From assembly GCA_965219085.1 (NCBI GenBank), contig OZ244720.1:1056001-1120000 (forward strand): DNA of 64,000 bases, in the 5' to 3' direction. How positions within the stretch are numbered: position 1 is the first letter of the stretch; each line of letters opens with the position of its first letter. The notes beneath the pieces are model-generated. The model was not told the origin of the DNA. It made no database searches and saw nothing but the letters and a program-made list of their open reading frames with translations. This stretch comes from Dehalococcoidia bacterium (GTDB lineage Bacteria > Chloroflexota > Dehalococcoidia > UBA2979). Shown piece by piece: positions 9,657 through 19,997 of the stretch. Position numbers and translations under genes: made by a program.

Positions 9657-10886
9657 ATGGCAAACGAGGCGATTGAACAGGCTGAGGCGCTGCGGATCCG
9701 AGTCCAACTCGCAGACGCCTTCAATCCCGGCGGACCAGTGAGCAACGTTGATCTGCTGGTAGGGCGTCGTCAACAGATCCAGGAGGTGATGTCAGCGGTC
9801 CGGCAGGACGGACTCAGCGTCCTGCTCTTCGGGGACCGCGGTGTCGGGAAGACATCTCTGGCGAGCCTCATCCACGAACTGTGGACCGACGCGTTCAAGG
9901 ACTCCGACAGCGTGTTCGCACTCCGCACGAACTGCACCCCGTCCAGCACATTCGAATCGATCTGGGGCAATGTCCTCGAGCTCATGCAAGACGCGTACGA
10001 GAAGCGTAGGGAGCCATTCCCAGCGGGCGACTCATGGATCGAGATCTTCACCGAGATTCGCAACGAGGCCGCCACCCCGCATAACGTCCGGCGACTTCTC
10101 ACCCTTGCAGACAAGCGCTTCATCATCGTCATCGATGAGTTCGACCAGATCGAGGACTCGGACTGCACGCAGCTGTTCGCGAGCACCATCAAGGAGATCT
10201 CTGACTACCTTGTCGACGCGACTATCATCCTGGTCGGCGTCGCCGATACCGTCGATGATCTCATTGCCGATCACGCCTCGATCGATCGCGCGGCAGTGCA
10301 GGTCCTCATGCCAAGGATGCCCGAAGCGGAATTGCGAGACATCATCAGTGGTGGCTATCAGCATATCGGACTCAAGACCAGCCCGGAGATGCTGACGCGG
10401 ATGGCGCGCCTCGCCCAGGGCCTGCCTCACTACGCTCACCGGCTTGGCCAGGAGGCCGGATACGCGGCTGTGGAGCGTGAGAGCTTCGTAGTGGAGCAGC
10501 AGGATCTGGACTATGCGATCGAGCGAGCCATCAGCCTCACGCAGGAAAGCATCAAGGCCGGCCATCGTGCAGCGACGACGAGTCCGCGTCGAGAGAACCT
10601 CTATGGCAAGGTGTTGTTGGCTTGTGCGCGCACTCCAGCCGACGATTTGGGTTACTTCGCTGCTGGGGATGTCCGCGATCCGCTGGAGGCGGTCTCCGGA
10701 CGGCGCTACGACATCCCACAGTTCGTGCGCCACCTCAAGGCATTCTGCGAACCCGCGAGGGGTTCAGTCCTGGAAACGGCAGGCGAGGCTTGGCGGCGCC
10801 GCTACCGATTCGCCAACCCTCTCCTCCGCCCGTACGTCGTGTTACGCGGCATCCAGGACAAGGTCATCATGGCGCCAGATCCGTAA
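9657..10886 (+). CDS. AAA+ ATPase (Cdc6/ORC1-like architecture), accessory
   Basis: Walker A GDRGVGKT, Walker B IIVIDEFD, GLPHY motif; codon usage less GC3-biased than neighbours. Confidence 0.8.
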   Translation: MANEAIEQAEALRIRVQLADAFNPGGPVSNVDLLVGRRQQIQEVMSAVRQDGLSVLLFGDRGVGKTSLASLIHELWTDAFKDSDSVFALRTNCTPSSTFESIWGNVLELMQDAYEKRREPFPAGDSWIEIFTEIRNEAATPHNVRRLLTLADKRFIIVIDEFDQIEDSDCTQLFASTIKEISDYLVDATIILVGVADTVDDLIADHASIDRAAVQVLMPRMPEAELRDIISGGYQHIGLKTSPEMLTRMARLAQGLPHYAHRLGQEAGYAAVERESFVVEQQDLDYAIERAISLTQESIKAGHRAATTSPRRENLYGKVLLACARTPADDLGYFAAGDVRDPLEAVSGRRYDIPQFVRHLKAFCEPARGSVLETAGEAWRRRYRFANPLLRPYVVLRGIQDKVIMAPDP

Positions 10887-11085
10887 CTCGGGCGACGCGC
10901 GGCAGCCGTCGAAAGTGGCGCTGTCTTGGGAGTGACCGTGAGCGCCGGATCGCACACTAGCAGTCAGTAAGAGGCGTCAGACCTTAAACTAGCAGTTGAG
11001 GAGTGGCGACGGGTAAGCGATCGACCTCCATCCTGACGCACCACCACTTCCGCGGCACACGTGGATTGAGCGCCGCGGCGCGCCG

Positions 11086-11376
11086 GTGGTATCGTCCAGC
11101 GAGTCGCGAGTGCCGAGCCCCCGGAGCCCCACACTGGACCGTAGCTATCGCAAGGCGCTCTTCAAGCTCGTGCGCGAGGTCTCCGACGTCGACGACCTGA
11201 ACGCGCGCTTCGACGCGTTCATCGAGGACGTGCGTCAGGGACCTCCTGATATCCGCCCGTATCCCGACCAGGTCCTCGACACGCTGCGCGGCCTGAGCCT
11301 CCGGCGCGATCTGGCGCTACAGCTCCAGCGGCGCTACGAGGACGCACGAGTCGGCGTCACCCGCGAGCCCGCGTAA
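11086..11376 (+). CDS. Hypothetical protein
   Basis: GC3-biased helical ORF. Confidence 0.5.
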   Translation: MVSSSESRVPSPRSPTLDRSYRKALFKLVREVSDVDDLNARFDAFIEDVRQGPPDIRPYPDQVLDTLRGLSLRRDLALQLQRRYEDARVGVTREPA

Positions 11377-11520
11377 GCCTCGACCCCTATACGAAACGCA
11401 CTCCCCCGGCTCGCGGCAGCGCCGCGCGCTGCTATGATTCCCCCCGGTCCGGGACCAGCAGCCGAGCCAGCTCCCCCGGTGCAAGCGGGCGGGTCGTGGC
11501 CGCGAATGAAGGCGAGCAGC

Positions 11521-12312
11521 ATGACGACGACCGAGACGCACAGCGTCGAGACGACCGAGGTGGCCGGCGGTAGCGTGCAGTACCTGCACGGCGGCAGCGG
11601 CTCGCGCGTGCTCGTGCTGCACCACTCGATCGGCTCCACTGGCTGGACACCCTTCTATGAGGCCCTTGCCCAGTCGTTCGAGGTGTTCGCGCCGGACCTC
11701 CCCGGCTACGGGCAGTCCGACCGGCCCGAGTGGGCCAAGCACCCCCGCGACCTTGCGATCCTCTTCCACCAGCTCCTCCACAAGCAGGGTGGTGACGCGC
11801 CGATAGCCGTCGTCGGCCTGGGCCTCGGCGGCTGGATCGCCGCCGAGATGGCGACGATGAACCAGTCGCGCATCTCCTCGCTCGTGCTCGTCGGCGCGCC
11901 CGGCATCCAGCCCGAGGAGGGCGAGATCCTCGACCAGATGCTCGTCGACTACCACGAGTACGTGCGGGCGGGCTTCCGCGACGAGACGCGCTACGAGGAG
12001 GAGTTCGGCACGGAAGTGTCGCCGGAGCTGAAGGAGCTGTGGGACTTCAGCCGCGAGATGACGGCGCGCCTCTCCTGGAAACCGTACATGTACAGCCGAG
12101 AGCTCCCGCACCTCCTCCGGGAGGTGCAGACGCCGACGCTCGTCGCCTGGGGCGACGACGACCGCATCGTGCCGATCAGCTCGGCGCAGACGTACGAGCG
12201 CTCGATGCCGAACGCGCGCCTCGTCACCATCGAGGAGTGCGGCCACTTCGCTGACTTCGAGCAGCCGGCCGCGCTGGCGGCACTCGTCGCGGAGCACATC
12301 GGCGCAGGTTAG
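11521..12312 (+). CDS. Alpha/beta fold hydrolase
   Basis: PDLPGYG, PTLVAWGDDD, CGH; nucleophile elbow reads GLGLGG. Confidence 0.88.
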   Translation: MTTTETHSVETTEVAGGSVQYLHGGSGSRVLVLHHSIGSTGWTPFYEALAQSFEVFAPDLPGYGQSDRPEWAKHPRDLAILFHQLLHKQGGDAPIAVVGLGLGGWIAAEMATMNQSRISSLVLVGAPGIQPEEGEILDQMLVDYHEYVRAGFRDETRYEEEFGTEVSPELKELWDFSREMTARLSWKPYMYSRELPHLLREVQTPTLVAWGDDDRIVPISSAQTYERSMPNARLVTIEECGHFADFEQPAALAALVAEHIGAG

Positions 12313-12334
12313 GGTCCGGCCGCCGGCTCCCCGG

Positions 12335-12706
12335 TCAGGCCTCAGACCCGCTGACCGGGCGCTCCATGTATTCGGCCAGAGCAGTCACGACGAGGTAGTT
12401 GAGCGAGACTCCCTCGATCTTTGCTCGAGTGGCGGCGCGGGCGTGGAGCGACCGCGGCATGCGCACGCGCAGGTCGCCCGATCGCTCCCCCCCACCCCAC
12501 GGTCCCGGGATGGCGTTCTCGTGTGCGAGTTCGTGTTCGATCCAGAGGCCCATTGCCACGTTCAGGTTCCGGGCTGCTTCTTCGGCGGTCTCTCCTTCAC
12601 TGAACACCCCATCAAGTTCCAACACATGGGCGGACCACAGACCGCTCTCGTCGGGCTGGATGACGCGATGGTACGGAAGTTCCAGGTATTCGGCGGCCGT
12701 GTGCAT
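12335..12706 (-). CDS. hicB: HicB-family antitoxin
   Basis: SEGETAEEA N-domain; SG.L.VRMPRSLH...EGVSLN RHH C-domain. Confidence 0.88.
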   Translation of the reverse strand: MHTAAEYLELPYHRVIQPDESGLWSAHVLELDGVFSEGETAEEAARNLNVAMGLWIEHELAHENAIPGPWGGGERSGDLRVRMPRSLHARAATRAKIEGVSLNYLVVTALAEYMERPVSGSEA

Positions 12707-12708
12707 GT

Positions 12709-12942
12709 TTAGTCCTCCAAATCTCGTATCAGCCGGTTGATGATGCCCCGCGCCGTGTTCGCCGTGCGAGGCCGGTCAGGGATGACGATGGGCCTCGCGG
12801 AACCCTCGCTCGAGTAGATGTGATGACCACCGCTGGTGCGCACCGACTGGTATCCTTGCTCCTCAACGAGCGCCACGAGATCGCGAGCGCGCAGGTTCCC
12901 GGCCCGACGCCGGAGCGCCCGCAACTCCTCGATCGTCCTCAT
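12709..12942 (-). CDS. hicA: HicA-family toxin
   Basis: 77-aa basic ORF with SGGHHIY motif directly upstream of hicB. Confidence 0.8.
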   Translation of the reverse strand: MRTIEELRALRRRAGNLRARDLVALVEEQGYQSVRTSGGHHIYSSEGSARPIVIPDRPRTANTARGIINRLIRDLED

Positions 12943-13053
12943 GGTCCGTAGCCTACTTGACACCGTGTGTGGTGCCAACACCACTCCGCAGGCACACCCC
13001 CGAGACCGTCGCGCTATAGTGCGGCCGAGCCACGCAGGTCGAGGAGGGCGCCG

Positions 13054-14097
13054 ATGGATCATGAGTTCAACGAGGTCCAGGAACTGCTCGCCCAGACCGC
13101 GCGCGACTTCTTCGCGCGCGCCTTTCCCATGGACCGCATTCGTGACGCGCACCGCTCGGACGACGGCTTCGACGCCGGGCTGTGGCCCGCCCTGCAGGAA
13201 CTCGGCTGGAGCAACGCCCCCTTCCCCGAGTCGATGGGCGGCAGCGGCGGCGGCCTGCTCGACATCGCACTGGTGATCGAGGAGATGGGCAAGGGCTGCG
13301 CGGCCAGCCCGTTCGTGCATTCGACGGTGGCTGCGGGCCTCGCGCTCGTTGATGCCGACCCCGAGCTCGCCGGACAGGTGGCTTCGGGAGAGGCCACAGT
13401 CATCCCCGCACTCACCGGCCACGCGGAGGACCAACCGCAGGTGGCGGACGGCACGCTCTCAGGCCGCGCGATCGCGGTCCCATGGGCCAACCTCGCCACG
13501 CACTTCCTGGTCGCGATTGGGGACGACGACCGCATGGCCGTGGTCGCGGCCGACGCGAACGGCGTCGCGGCTCAGCCGATGCCGGCAGCCGATGGCGATC
13601 CGCTCTTCGACATCCGGTTCCGGGATGCCGCGTTCGAGATCGTCGCGGCGCAGGGGCTCGCGACGAACGTATTGGCGCTCGGCGCGGCCGCCGAGGCGCT
13701 GCTGATGCTCGGGCTCTGCCAGCGCTCGCTGGAGCTCGCCTCGGAGTACTCGAAGGGGCGGATCGCGTTCGGGCAGCCGATCGGGAGCTTCCAGGCGATC
13801 TCGCACAAGTGCGCCAACATGGCCGTCGACATCGAGGTCGGGCGCTACCTCTGCTACAAGGCCGCCTGGCTACAGGGCATCGGCGAGCCGCACGAGATGG
13901 CCGCGCGCTACGCGAAGGCGTTCATGGGCGAGGCCACGCAGCGGATCACCCGCGACGCGATCCAGGTGCACGGCGGCGTCGGCTACATCGACGACCACTT
14001 CGTGCTCTTCCCGTACCGCCTTGGCACGGCGGCCGCGGGGATGTACGGCACCGCCCACGAGCATCGCCGCGCCGTCGCCGACGCGGTCCTGGCATAG
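13054..14097 (+). CDS. Acyl-CoA dehydrogenase (short partner subunit)
   Basis: RIAFGQPIGSFQAISHK, QVHGGVG. Confidence 0.9.
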   Translation: MDHEFNEVQELLAQTARDFFARAFPMDRIRDAHRSDDGFDAGLWPALQELGWSNAPFPESMGGSGGGLLDIALVIEEMGKGCAASPFVHSTVAAGLALVDADPELAGQVASGEATVIPALTGHAEDQPQVADGTLSGRAIAVPWANLATHFLVAIGDDDRMAVVAADANGVAAQPMPAADGDPLFDIRFRDAAFEIVAAQGLATNVLALGAAAEALLMLGLCQRSLELASEYSKGRIAFGQPIGSFQAISHKCANMAVDIEVGRYLCYKAAWLQGIGEPHEMAARYAKAFMGEATQRITRDAIQVHGGVGYIDDHFVLFPYRLGTAAAGMYGTAHEHRRAVADAVLA

Positions 14098-14110
14098 CGG
14101 AGCGATCACC

Positions 14111-15268
<1,158 letters not shown>

Positions 15269-15305
15269 GCGCCGCCGACAAGGGCGAGGTGGCACGCGAG
15301 GCATC

Positions 15306-15336
15306 TTGACATCACGATGACCAGGCATCACGATGC
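15306..15336 (+). promoter_or_regulatory. TA promoter with two palindromic CATCACGATG operator boxes
   Basis: TTGACA at 15306; CATCACGATG at 15310-15319 and 15326-15335, just upstream of vapB. Confidence 0.6.
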
Positions 15337-15340
15337 CTGT

Positions 15341-15619
15341 ATGCGCACCACCCTCACCCTCGACGATGATCTCGCACGCGCTCTCAAGCAGCGCGCAAGG
15401 CTGCTCGACCAGTCCTTCAAGCAGGTCGTGAACGACACACTGCGCCGCGGCCTGTCGCCCACGTCCGGTGAGAGGCCACGACGCCCATTCCGGATCCGCA
15501 CGTTCAGCAGCGCGTACGCGCCCGGTGTTGACCGGTTGAGGCTGAAGGAACTTGCGGACGATATGGAAGTCGAGCACTTCCTGGAGGTTCAGCGGCGAGG
15601 CTCCGACGAGAGCGCGTGA
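15341..15619 (+). CDS. vapB: VapB-type RHH antitoxin
   Basis: MRTTLTLDDDL...SFKQVVNDTLRRGL. Confidence 0.88.
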   Translation: MRTTLTLDDDLARALKQRARLLDQSFKQVVNDTLRRGLSPTSGERPRRPFRIRTFSSAYAPGVDRLRLKELADDMEVEHFLEVQRRGSDESA

Positions 15620-16053
15620 TAGTTCCAGACACCAACCTGCTCATCTACGCCTACAACGAGCAGGATCCGGATCATGCCGCCGCTCGCCGTTGGTGGGAGG
15701 CGCTGCTCGGCGGCAGCGAGCTTATCGGCATCCCCTGGGTAGTCTCGACCGGGTACATCCGCATCATCACCCATCGAGGGGTGGCCGATCCGCCCGTCGA
15801 CCTTGCCCGGGCAGTCGACGACGTGGGGCGGTGGTTCGAGCTACCGCACGTCGTCGCGATCGACGCTGGCCCCGACCATCTGACTCACTTTCGTCGAAAC
15901 CTCGTCGCCGCAGGCGTCGGCGGGAACCTCATCACCGACGCCCATATCGCCGCGCTCGCGATGGAGTACGAGGCCGAGGTCCACTCCCACGACTCCGACT
16001 TCGGCCGCTTCCCCGGTCTGCGTTGGCGCGATCCACTCCGCGCTCCGCGCTGA
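15616..16053 (+). CDS. vapC: VapC PIN toxin
   Basis: PDTNLLIYA, DAHIAALA, DSDFGRFPGL. Confidence 0.92.
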   Translation: MIVPDTNLLIYAYNEQDPDHAAARRWWEALLGGSELIGIPWVVSTGYIRIITHRGVADPPVDLARAVDDVGRWFELPHVVAIDAGPDHLTHFRRNLVAAGVGGNLITDAHIAALAMEYEAEVHSHDSDFGRFPGLRWRDPLRAPR

Positions 16054-16056
16054 TCC

Positions 16057-17139
16057 ATGAGCGACCAATCGTCGCCCCTCGTTGTCCCGCACCGGGGTAC
16101 GATCGAGGCGCGCAAGCATGCCCACACGCATCCGGAGGTACTCGTGCCGCGCCCGCTCTCGTCGCGCTCGCTGGTCGCGTTCGTCACCGTGGCGCTCGTC
16201 ACGATCTGCCTCGCCGCCTGCGGTGGCGGCGAGGACGGCGCGCCGGCCGAGGTCGACTTCTCCGCGCAGGCGGTCGGCGAGGCGTTCAACCCCGACGTGC
16301 AGCCGCAGGTCATCAACTCCGCGCTCGCGCTCGGCGCCAACCGCGTCATCGTCGCGCTCTTCACCGCCGACGTCGACCTCGTGCACGACGCCGAGGGCGT
16401 CCTGCGCCTCTACCGTCTCGACGAGGCGGGCATGGGCACGTTCCAGAGCGAGCACCTGCTGCGCCGCGCCACCATCGCCGGGGAGTCCACGCACGAGCAC
16501 GCCGACGGCAGCGACCACGTCCACGAAGATCCGCTCGCCACGGTCTACCTCGCCCACGTCGACTTCCCCGAGACGGGGAAGTGGGGCGTCGCGCTCTCCA
16601 TCAAGGTCGAGGATGAGCGCTACGACCAGCTCCTCGCCTCGCCGGTCGTCGTGCTCGACCGCACTCCCGAGCCGGGCATCGGCGATGCGATGCCGGCGAG
16701 CACGCACCTCACGCTGCGCGATGTCGCCGACGTGTCGGAGATCAACAGCTCCCAGGAGCCGATCGCGGCGATGAACGAGCTGACCATCGCCGAGGCGCTC
16801 CAGACCGGCAAGCCGGTGCTCGTCGCCATCGCCACGCCCGCGTTCTGCCAGTCGCGCTTCTGCGGGCCGATGATGGACGGCGTCGTGCACCCGCTCTACG
16901 AGGAGTTCTCGGGCCGAGTGCAGTTCGTACACGTCGAGCCGTTCCTGCTGGACGAGGCGCGCGACAACCAGCGCCTGGCGCCGGCGCCGATCATGGCCGA
17001 GTGGCGCCTGCAGACCGAGCCCTGGATCTTCGTCGCCGACGCCGATGGCGCCGTCGTCGCCAAGTTCGAGGGCATCACCACCGTCGAGGAGGTGCGCGAG
17101 ACGCTGGCGGCGCTGCTTGCCTCCGACTCCGGCGGCTAA
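16057..17139 (+). CDS. Lipoprotein with C-terminal thioredoxin-like fold and His-rich insert
   Basis: Lipobox LAACG; TPAFCQSRFCGP; EPW; HEHADGSDHVHED; true start probably near 16144. Confidence 0.75.
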   Translation: MSDQSSPLVVPHRGTIEARKHAHTHPEVLVPRPLSSRSLVAFVTVALVTICLAACGGGEDGAPAEVDFSAQAVGEAFNPDVQPQVINSALALGANRVIVALFTADVDLVHDAEGVLRLYRLDEAGMGTFQSEHLLRRATIAGESTHEHADGSDHVHEDPLATVYLAHVDFPETGKWGVALSIKVEDERYDQLLASPVVVLDRTPEPGIGDAMPASTHLTLRDVADVSEINSSQEPIAAMNELTIAEALQTGKPVLVAIATPAFCQSRFCGPMMDGVVHPLYEEFSGRVQFVHVEPFLLDEARDNQRLAPAPIMAEWRLQTEPWIFVADADGAVVAKFEGITTVEEVRETLAALLASDSGG

Positions 17140-17162
17140 GCGAGCAGCGAGGCGACCAGGCC

Positions 17163-17894
17163 GTGCAGCCCGACTACACCACCCTCGAGTTCCCCGAGCC
17201 GCCGGACGACCGGCCGTACGTCATCGCCGACATGATCGCCTCGGCGGACGGCAAGACGGTGATCGAGGGCAACGAGGCCGGGCTCGGCTCGCGCACCGAC
17301 CGGCGCCTGCTCCACGAACTGCGGCTGCACGCCGATGTCGTGCTCAGCGGCGCGGGCACGCTGCGCGCCACGGGCGCCTCACCCCGCCTGCACGAGGACG
17401 ACCTGGAAGCGCTGCGACGCGAGCGCGGCAAGTCACGCACGCCCATCGGCGCGATCATCACGGCTTCGGGCGAGGTGCCGCTCGACGCGGGCTTCTTCAC
17501 ATCCGACGAGTTCGAGGCGTACATCTACCTCGCCGACAGCGCCCCACCCGGGCGCCGCACAGCCATCGAGGCGACTGGCCGCCCCGTCGTCGAGGTGCCG
17601 GCAGACGACGCCGTGACGGCGATGCTGCGCCACATGCGCTCGGAGCTCGGCGCGCGGCTGGTCATGCTCGAGGGCGGCCCGACGCTGAACGGCGAGTGCT
17701 TCCGCGCCGGCGTCGTCGACGAGCTGTTCCTGACCCTCGGCGGCGTCGTGGTCGGCGGTCACGGCCTGCCGACGGCCGTCGAGATGCCCGGCGTCGAGGT
17801 CACGCGCGAGACGGTGACGCGGCTCGAGCTGCTCACGGCCGCGCCGAACCCCGAGACCGACGAGGTCTACCTGCGCTACCGCGTCCGACGCTAG
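17163..17894 (+). CDS. RibD C-terminal / pyrimidine reductase-like protein
   Basis: MIASADG, GAGTLR, LEGGPTLN, VDELFLT. Confidence 0.85.
   Translation: MQPDYTTLEFPEPPDDRPYVIADMIASADGKTVIEGNEAGLGSRTDRRLLHELRLHADVVLSGAGTLRATGASPRLHEDDLEALRRERGKSRTPIGAIITASGEVPLDAGFFTSDEFEAYIYLADSAPPGRRTAIEATGRPVVEVPADDAVTAMLRHMRSELGARLVMLEGGPTLNGECFRAGVVDELFLTLGGVVVGGHGLPTAVEMPGVEVTRETVTRLELLTAAPNPETDEVYLRYRVRR
17814..17894 (+). repeat. 81-bp direct repeat copy A (ribD-like 3' end)
   Basis: Matches 19340-19420 with 5 mismatches, all in the first 30 bp. Confidence 0.95.
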
Positions 17895-17933
17895 GGTTCC
17901 GCCCTGTGGGCGCGCGAAGCCAGCGATGGTAGT

Positions 17934-19343
17934 ATGAACGGAATGAACGAGAATCTCATTGATGTCCCTGGTCAACCGTTTTCTTACGAGCGGTCGCTTG
18001 ACACGCATCTCACTCACCTAGATGAACGGGTTCGCTCCTTACGCTCATCTGGCCGACTCGATCACGCTGTTCTGGGCAAGATCAGCTCATTCTTCCGGGT
18101 TCGTAGTATCTTCAATTCGAACGCCATCGAAGGGAACGAGCTCAGTGAGGGTGAGACACGACTGGTCGTCGAGCAAGGAATAACCATCTCAGGTAGGTCC
18201 CTGAAGGACCACCTCGAAGCTCAGAGCCTTGCCCATGCACTTGACTTCTTTGAAAGCCTCGCGAGTGATAGCGATCCAATCACTGAAACTGATGTCAGAC
18301 AAGTGCACCAACTCATACTGAAGGGAATCAGTGACTCCGATGCGGGCCGGTACCGGACAGCCGACGTGATGATCACGGGATCGGCGTTCGCTCCTACGGA
18401 GCCTCACGATGTACCTAGAGAGATGCGTGACCTAGGAGAGTGGGTGCAGAAGGCGACCGTCGGCGGATTCGACTGCTCTCCCGTGATATTGGCTGCAGCC
18501 GCTCATGCACGATTCGCGCAGATTCATCCGTTCATAGACGGAAACGGGCGGACTGCCAGGATTCTCATGAACCTTCTCCTGATGCGAAACGGCTACCCTA
18601 TCGCCGTCATCACTCGAGACGAGCGTCAACGGTACTACGAGTCCCTCGAGGAGAGCCAGACTTCGAACCTTACACCCTTCCTATCGCTGGTGATCGATGA
18701 CGTGTCCGAAGCGCTCGACACATGGGAGGAAGCGGCGGAAGAAAGGGAGGAGGAGGTACAATCCTACGAAGGCCTCGCCGAACGCTTCAGGCGTCCTTCA
18801 GACGATCGTGAGGTGCGGGAATTTGAGGTGTTCCGGGCAGCCATGGAACTGCTTCGATCACAGTTCGCTCAAGCCGCAACTGATATGCGCGATGCTGGTG
18901 CCCTAGTATACTTCACAGATTTTGATTCGATCACTTCTGACAAATATATCCAAATTAAGAGGACGGGGCGGGCAAAGCGTACCTGGTTCTTCCGTGTTGA
19001 CTTTCGTTACGGCCCTAGACGCGTCCGGTACCTGTTTTGGTTTGTGAGGACACATTATCTTATGCGCACTTCTGTTCGTACGGTCTCGCCATTGTCAGTG
19101 ATTATCTCTAAGGAGGATCCGAGCGATTCTTTCTTCTACTCGACTCTGGACGATATTCGTCAGTCTGGACGCGAAGATGTTCCCGACTTGCGCGAGATAA
19201 CATTTGACCCGGACAGCGAGAGCTTCCTAAGTCGATACGCTGGAGGAATCACTAAATCAGAGCAGATATCGGACTTAGTTCGATCGTTCGTCGCCCAAGT
19301 CGTGCAGCGAAACTTCAGCAATCTCGAGAACGTTTCTCAGTGA
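17934..19343 (+). CDS. Fic-family protein with long C-terminal extension
   Basis: HPFIDGNGRTAR catalytic motif, SNAIEGN inhibitory motif; lower GC. Confidence 0.92.
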   Translation: MNGMNENLIDVPGQPFSYERSLDTHLTHLDERVRSLRSSGRLDHAVLGKISSFFRVRSIFNSNAIEGNELSEGETRLVVEQGITISGRSLKDHLEAQSLAHALDFFESLASDSDPITETDVRQVHQLILKGISDSDAGRYRTADVMITGSAFAPTEPHDVPREMRDLGEWVQKATVGGFDCSPVILAAAAHARFAQIHPFIDGNGRTARILMNLLLMRNGYPIAVITRDERQRYYESLEESQTSNLTPFLSLVIDDVSEALDTWEEAAEEREEEVQSYEGLAERFRRPSDDREVREFEVFRAAMELLRSQFAQAATDMRDAGALVYFTDFDSITSDKYIQIKRTGRAKRTWFFRVDFRYGPRRVRYLFWFVRTHYLMRTSVRTVSPLSVIISKEDPSDSFFYSTLDDIRQSGREDVPDLREITFDPDSESFLSRYAGGITKSEQISDLVRSFVAQVVQRNFSNLENVSQ

Positions 19344-19420
19344 CGCGCCTCGAACTGCTCGCCGCCGCACCGAACCCCGAGACCGACGAGGTCTACCTGC
19401 GCTACCGCGTCCGACGCTAG
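19340..19420 (+). repeat. 81-bp direct repeat copy B (orphan ribD-like 3' end)
   Basis: Supplies the Fic stop codon (TGA 19341-19343) and the stop of the convergent gene. Confidence 0.95.
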
Positions 19421-19896
19421 CCCGACCCGGCCGCCGCGACCGCTGCCTCGCAGGCGTCGACGGCGGACGTGGCGTCCTCGACGCGGTGGATGGGGGCCTC
19501 CTCGCCGTCGCCGTCGCGCAGCTCCCACGTGCCGAGGCCGATCACCGGCCGGCCGCTGATGAGCGCGAAGGCGATCTCGGAGAGCGTGCCGAACTTGCCG
19601 TCGATGGCGATCACCGCCTCGCCCGCACGCGCGACGAGCACGTTGCGCGTGTAGCCGATGCCCGTCGGCAGCGGGATGTCGACGAACTCGTTGACGTCGC
19701 CCAAGTCGTCGCCGGGCAGGATGCCGACGGTGAGGCCGCCCGACTCCTTCGCCCCACGGCACGCCTCGCGCATGACGCCCGTGCGCCCGCCGCAGATGAG
19801 CACGTGCCCGCGCGCTCCAATCTCGCGTCCGACCTCGAACGCCAGCCGCGAAGCCTGTTCGTCCGCTTCCTGCCCGCCGATCACCGAGATGCGCAT
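19417..19896 (-). CDS. TIGR00725-like SLOG/LOG-superfamily protein
   Basis: MRISVIGG, CGGRTGVM, TVGILPG, GTLSEIAFA. Confidence 0.85.
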   Translation of the reverse strand: MRISVIGGQEADEQASRLAFEVGREIGARGHVLICGGRTGVMREACRGAKESGGLTVGILPGDDLGDVNEFVDIPLPTGIGYTRNVLVARAGEAVIAIDGKFGTLSEIAFALISGRPVIGLGTWELRDGDGEEAPIHRVEDATSAVDACEAAVAAAGSG

Positions 19897-19997
19897 CGTC
19901 CGCCCTGCCCTTCCTCGTCGGCCCGTTCGCGGGCGAGGGTAGCGGGGGGCGGCGTCGAGCGCCTGCGGCACGAGGGCGATGGCGGCTGTCGGCGGCG

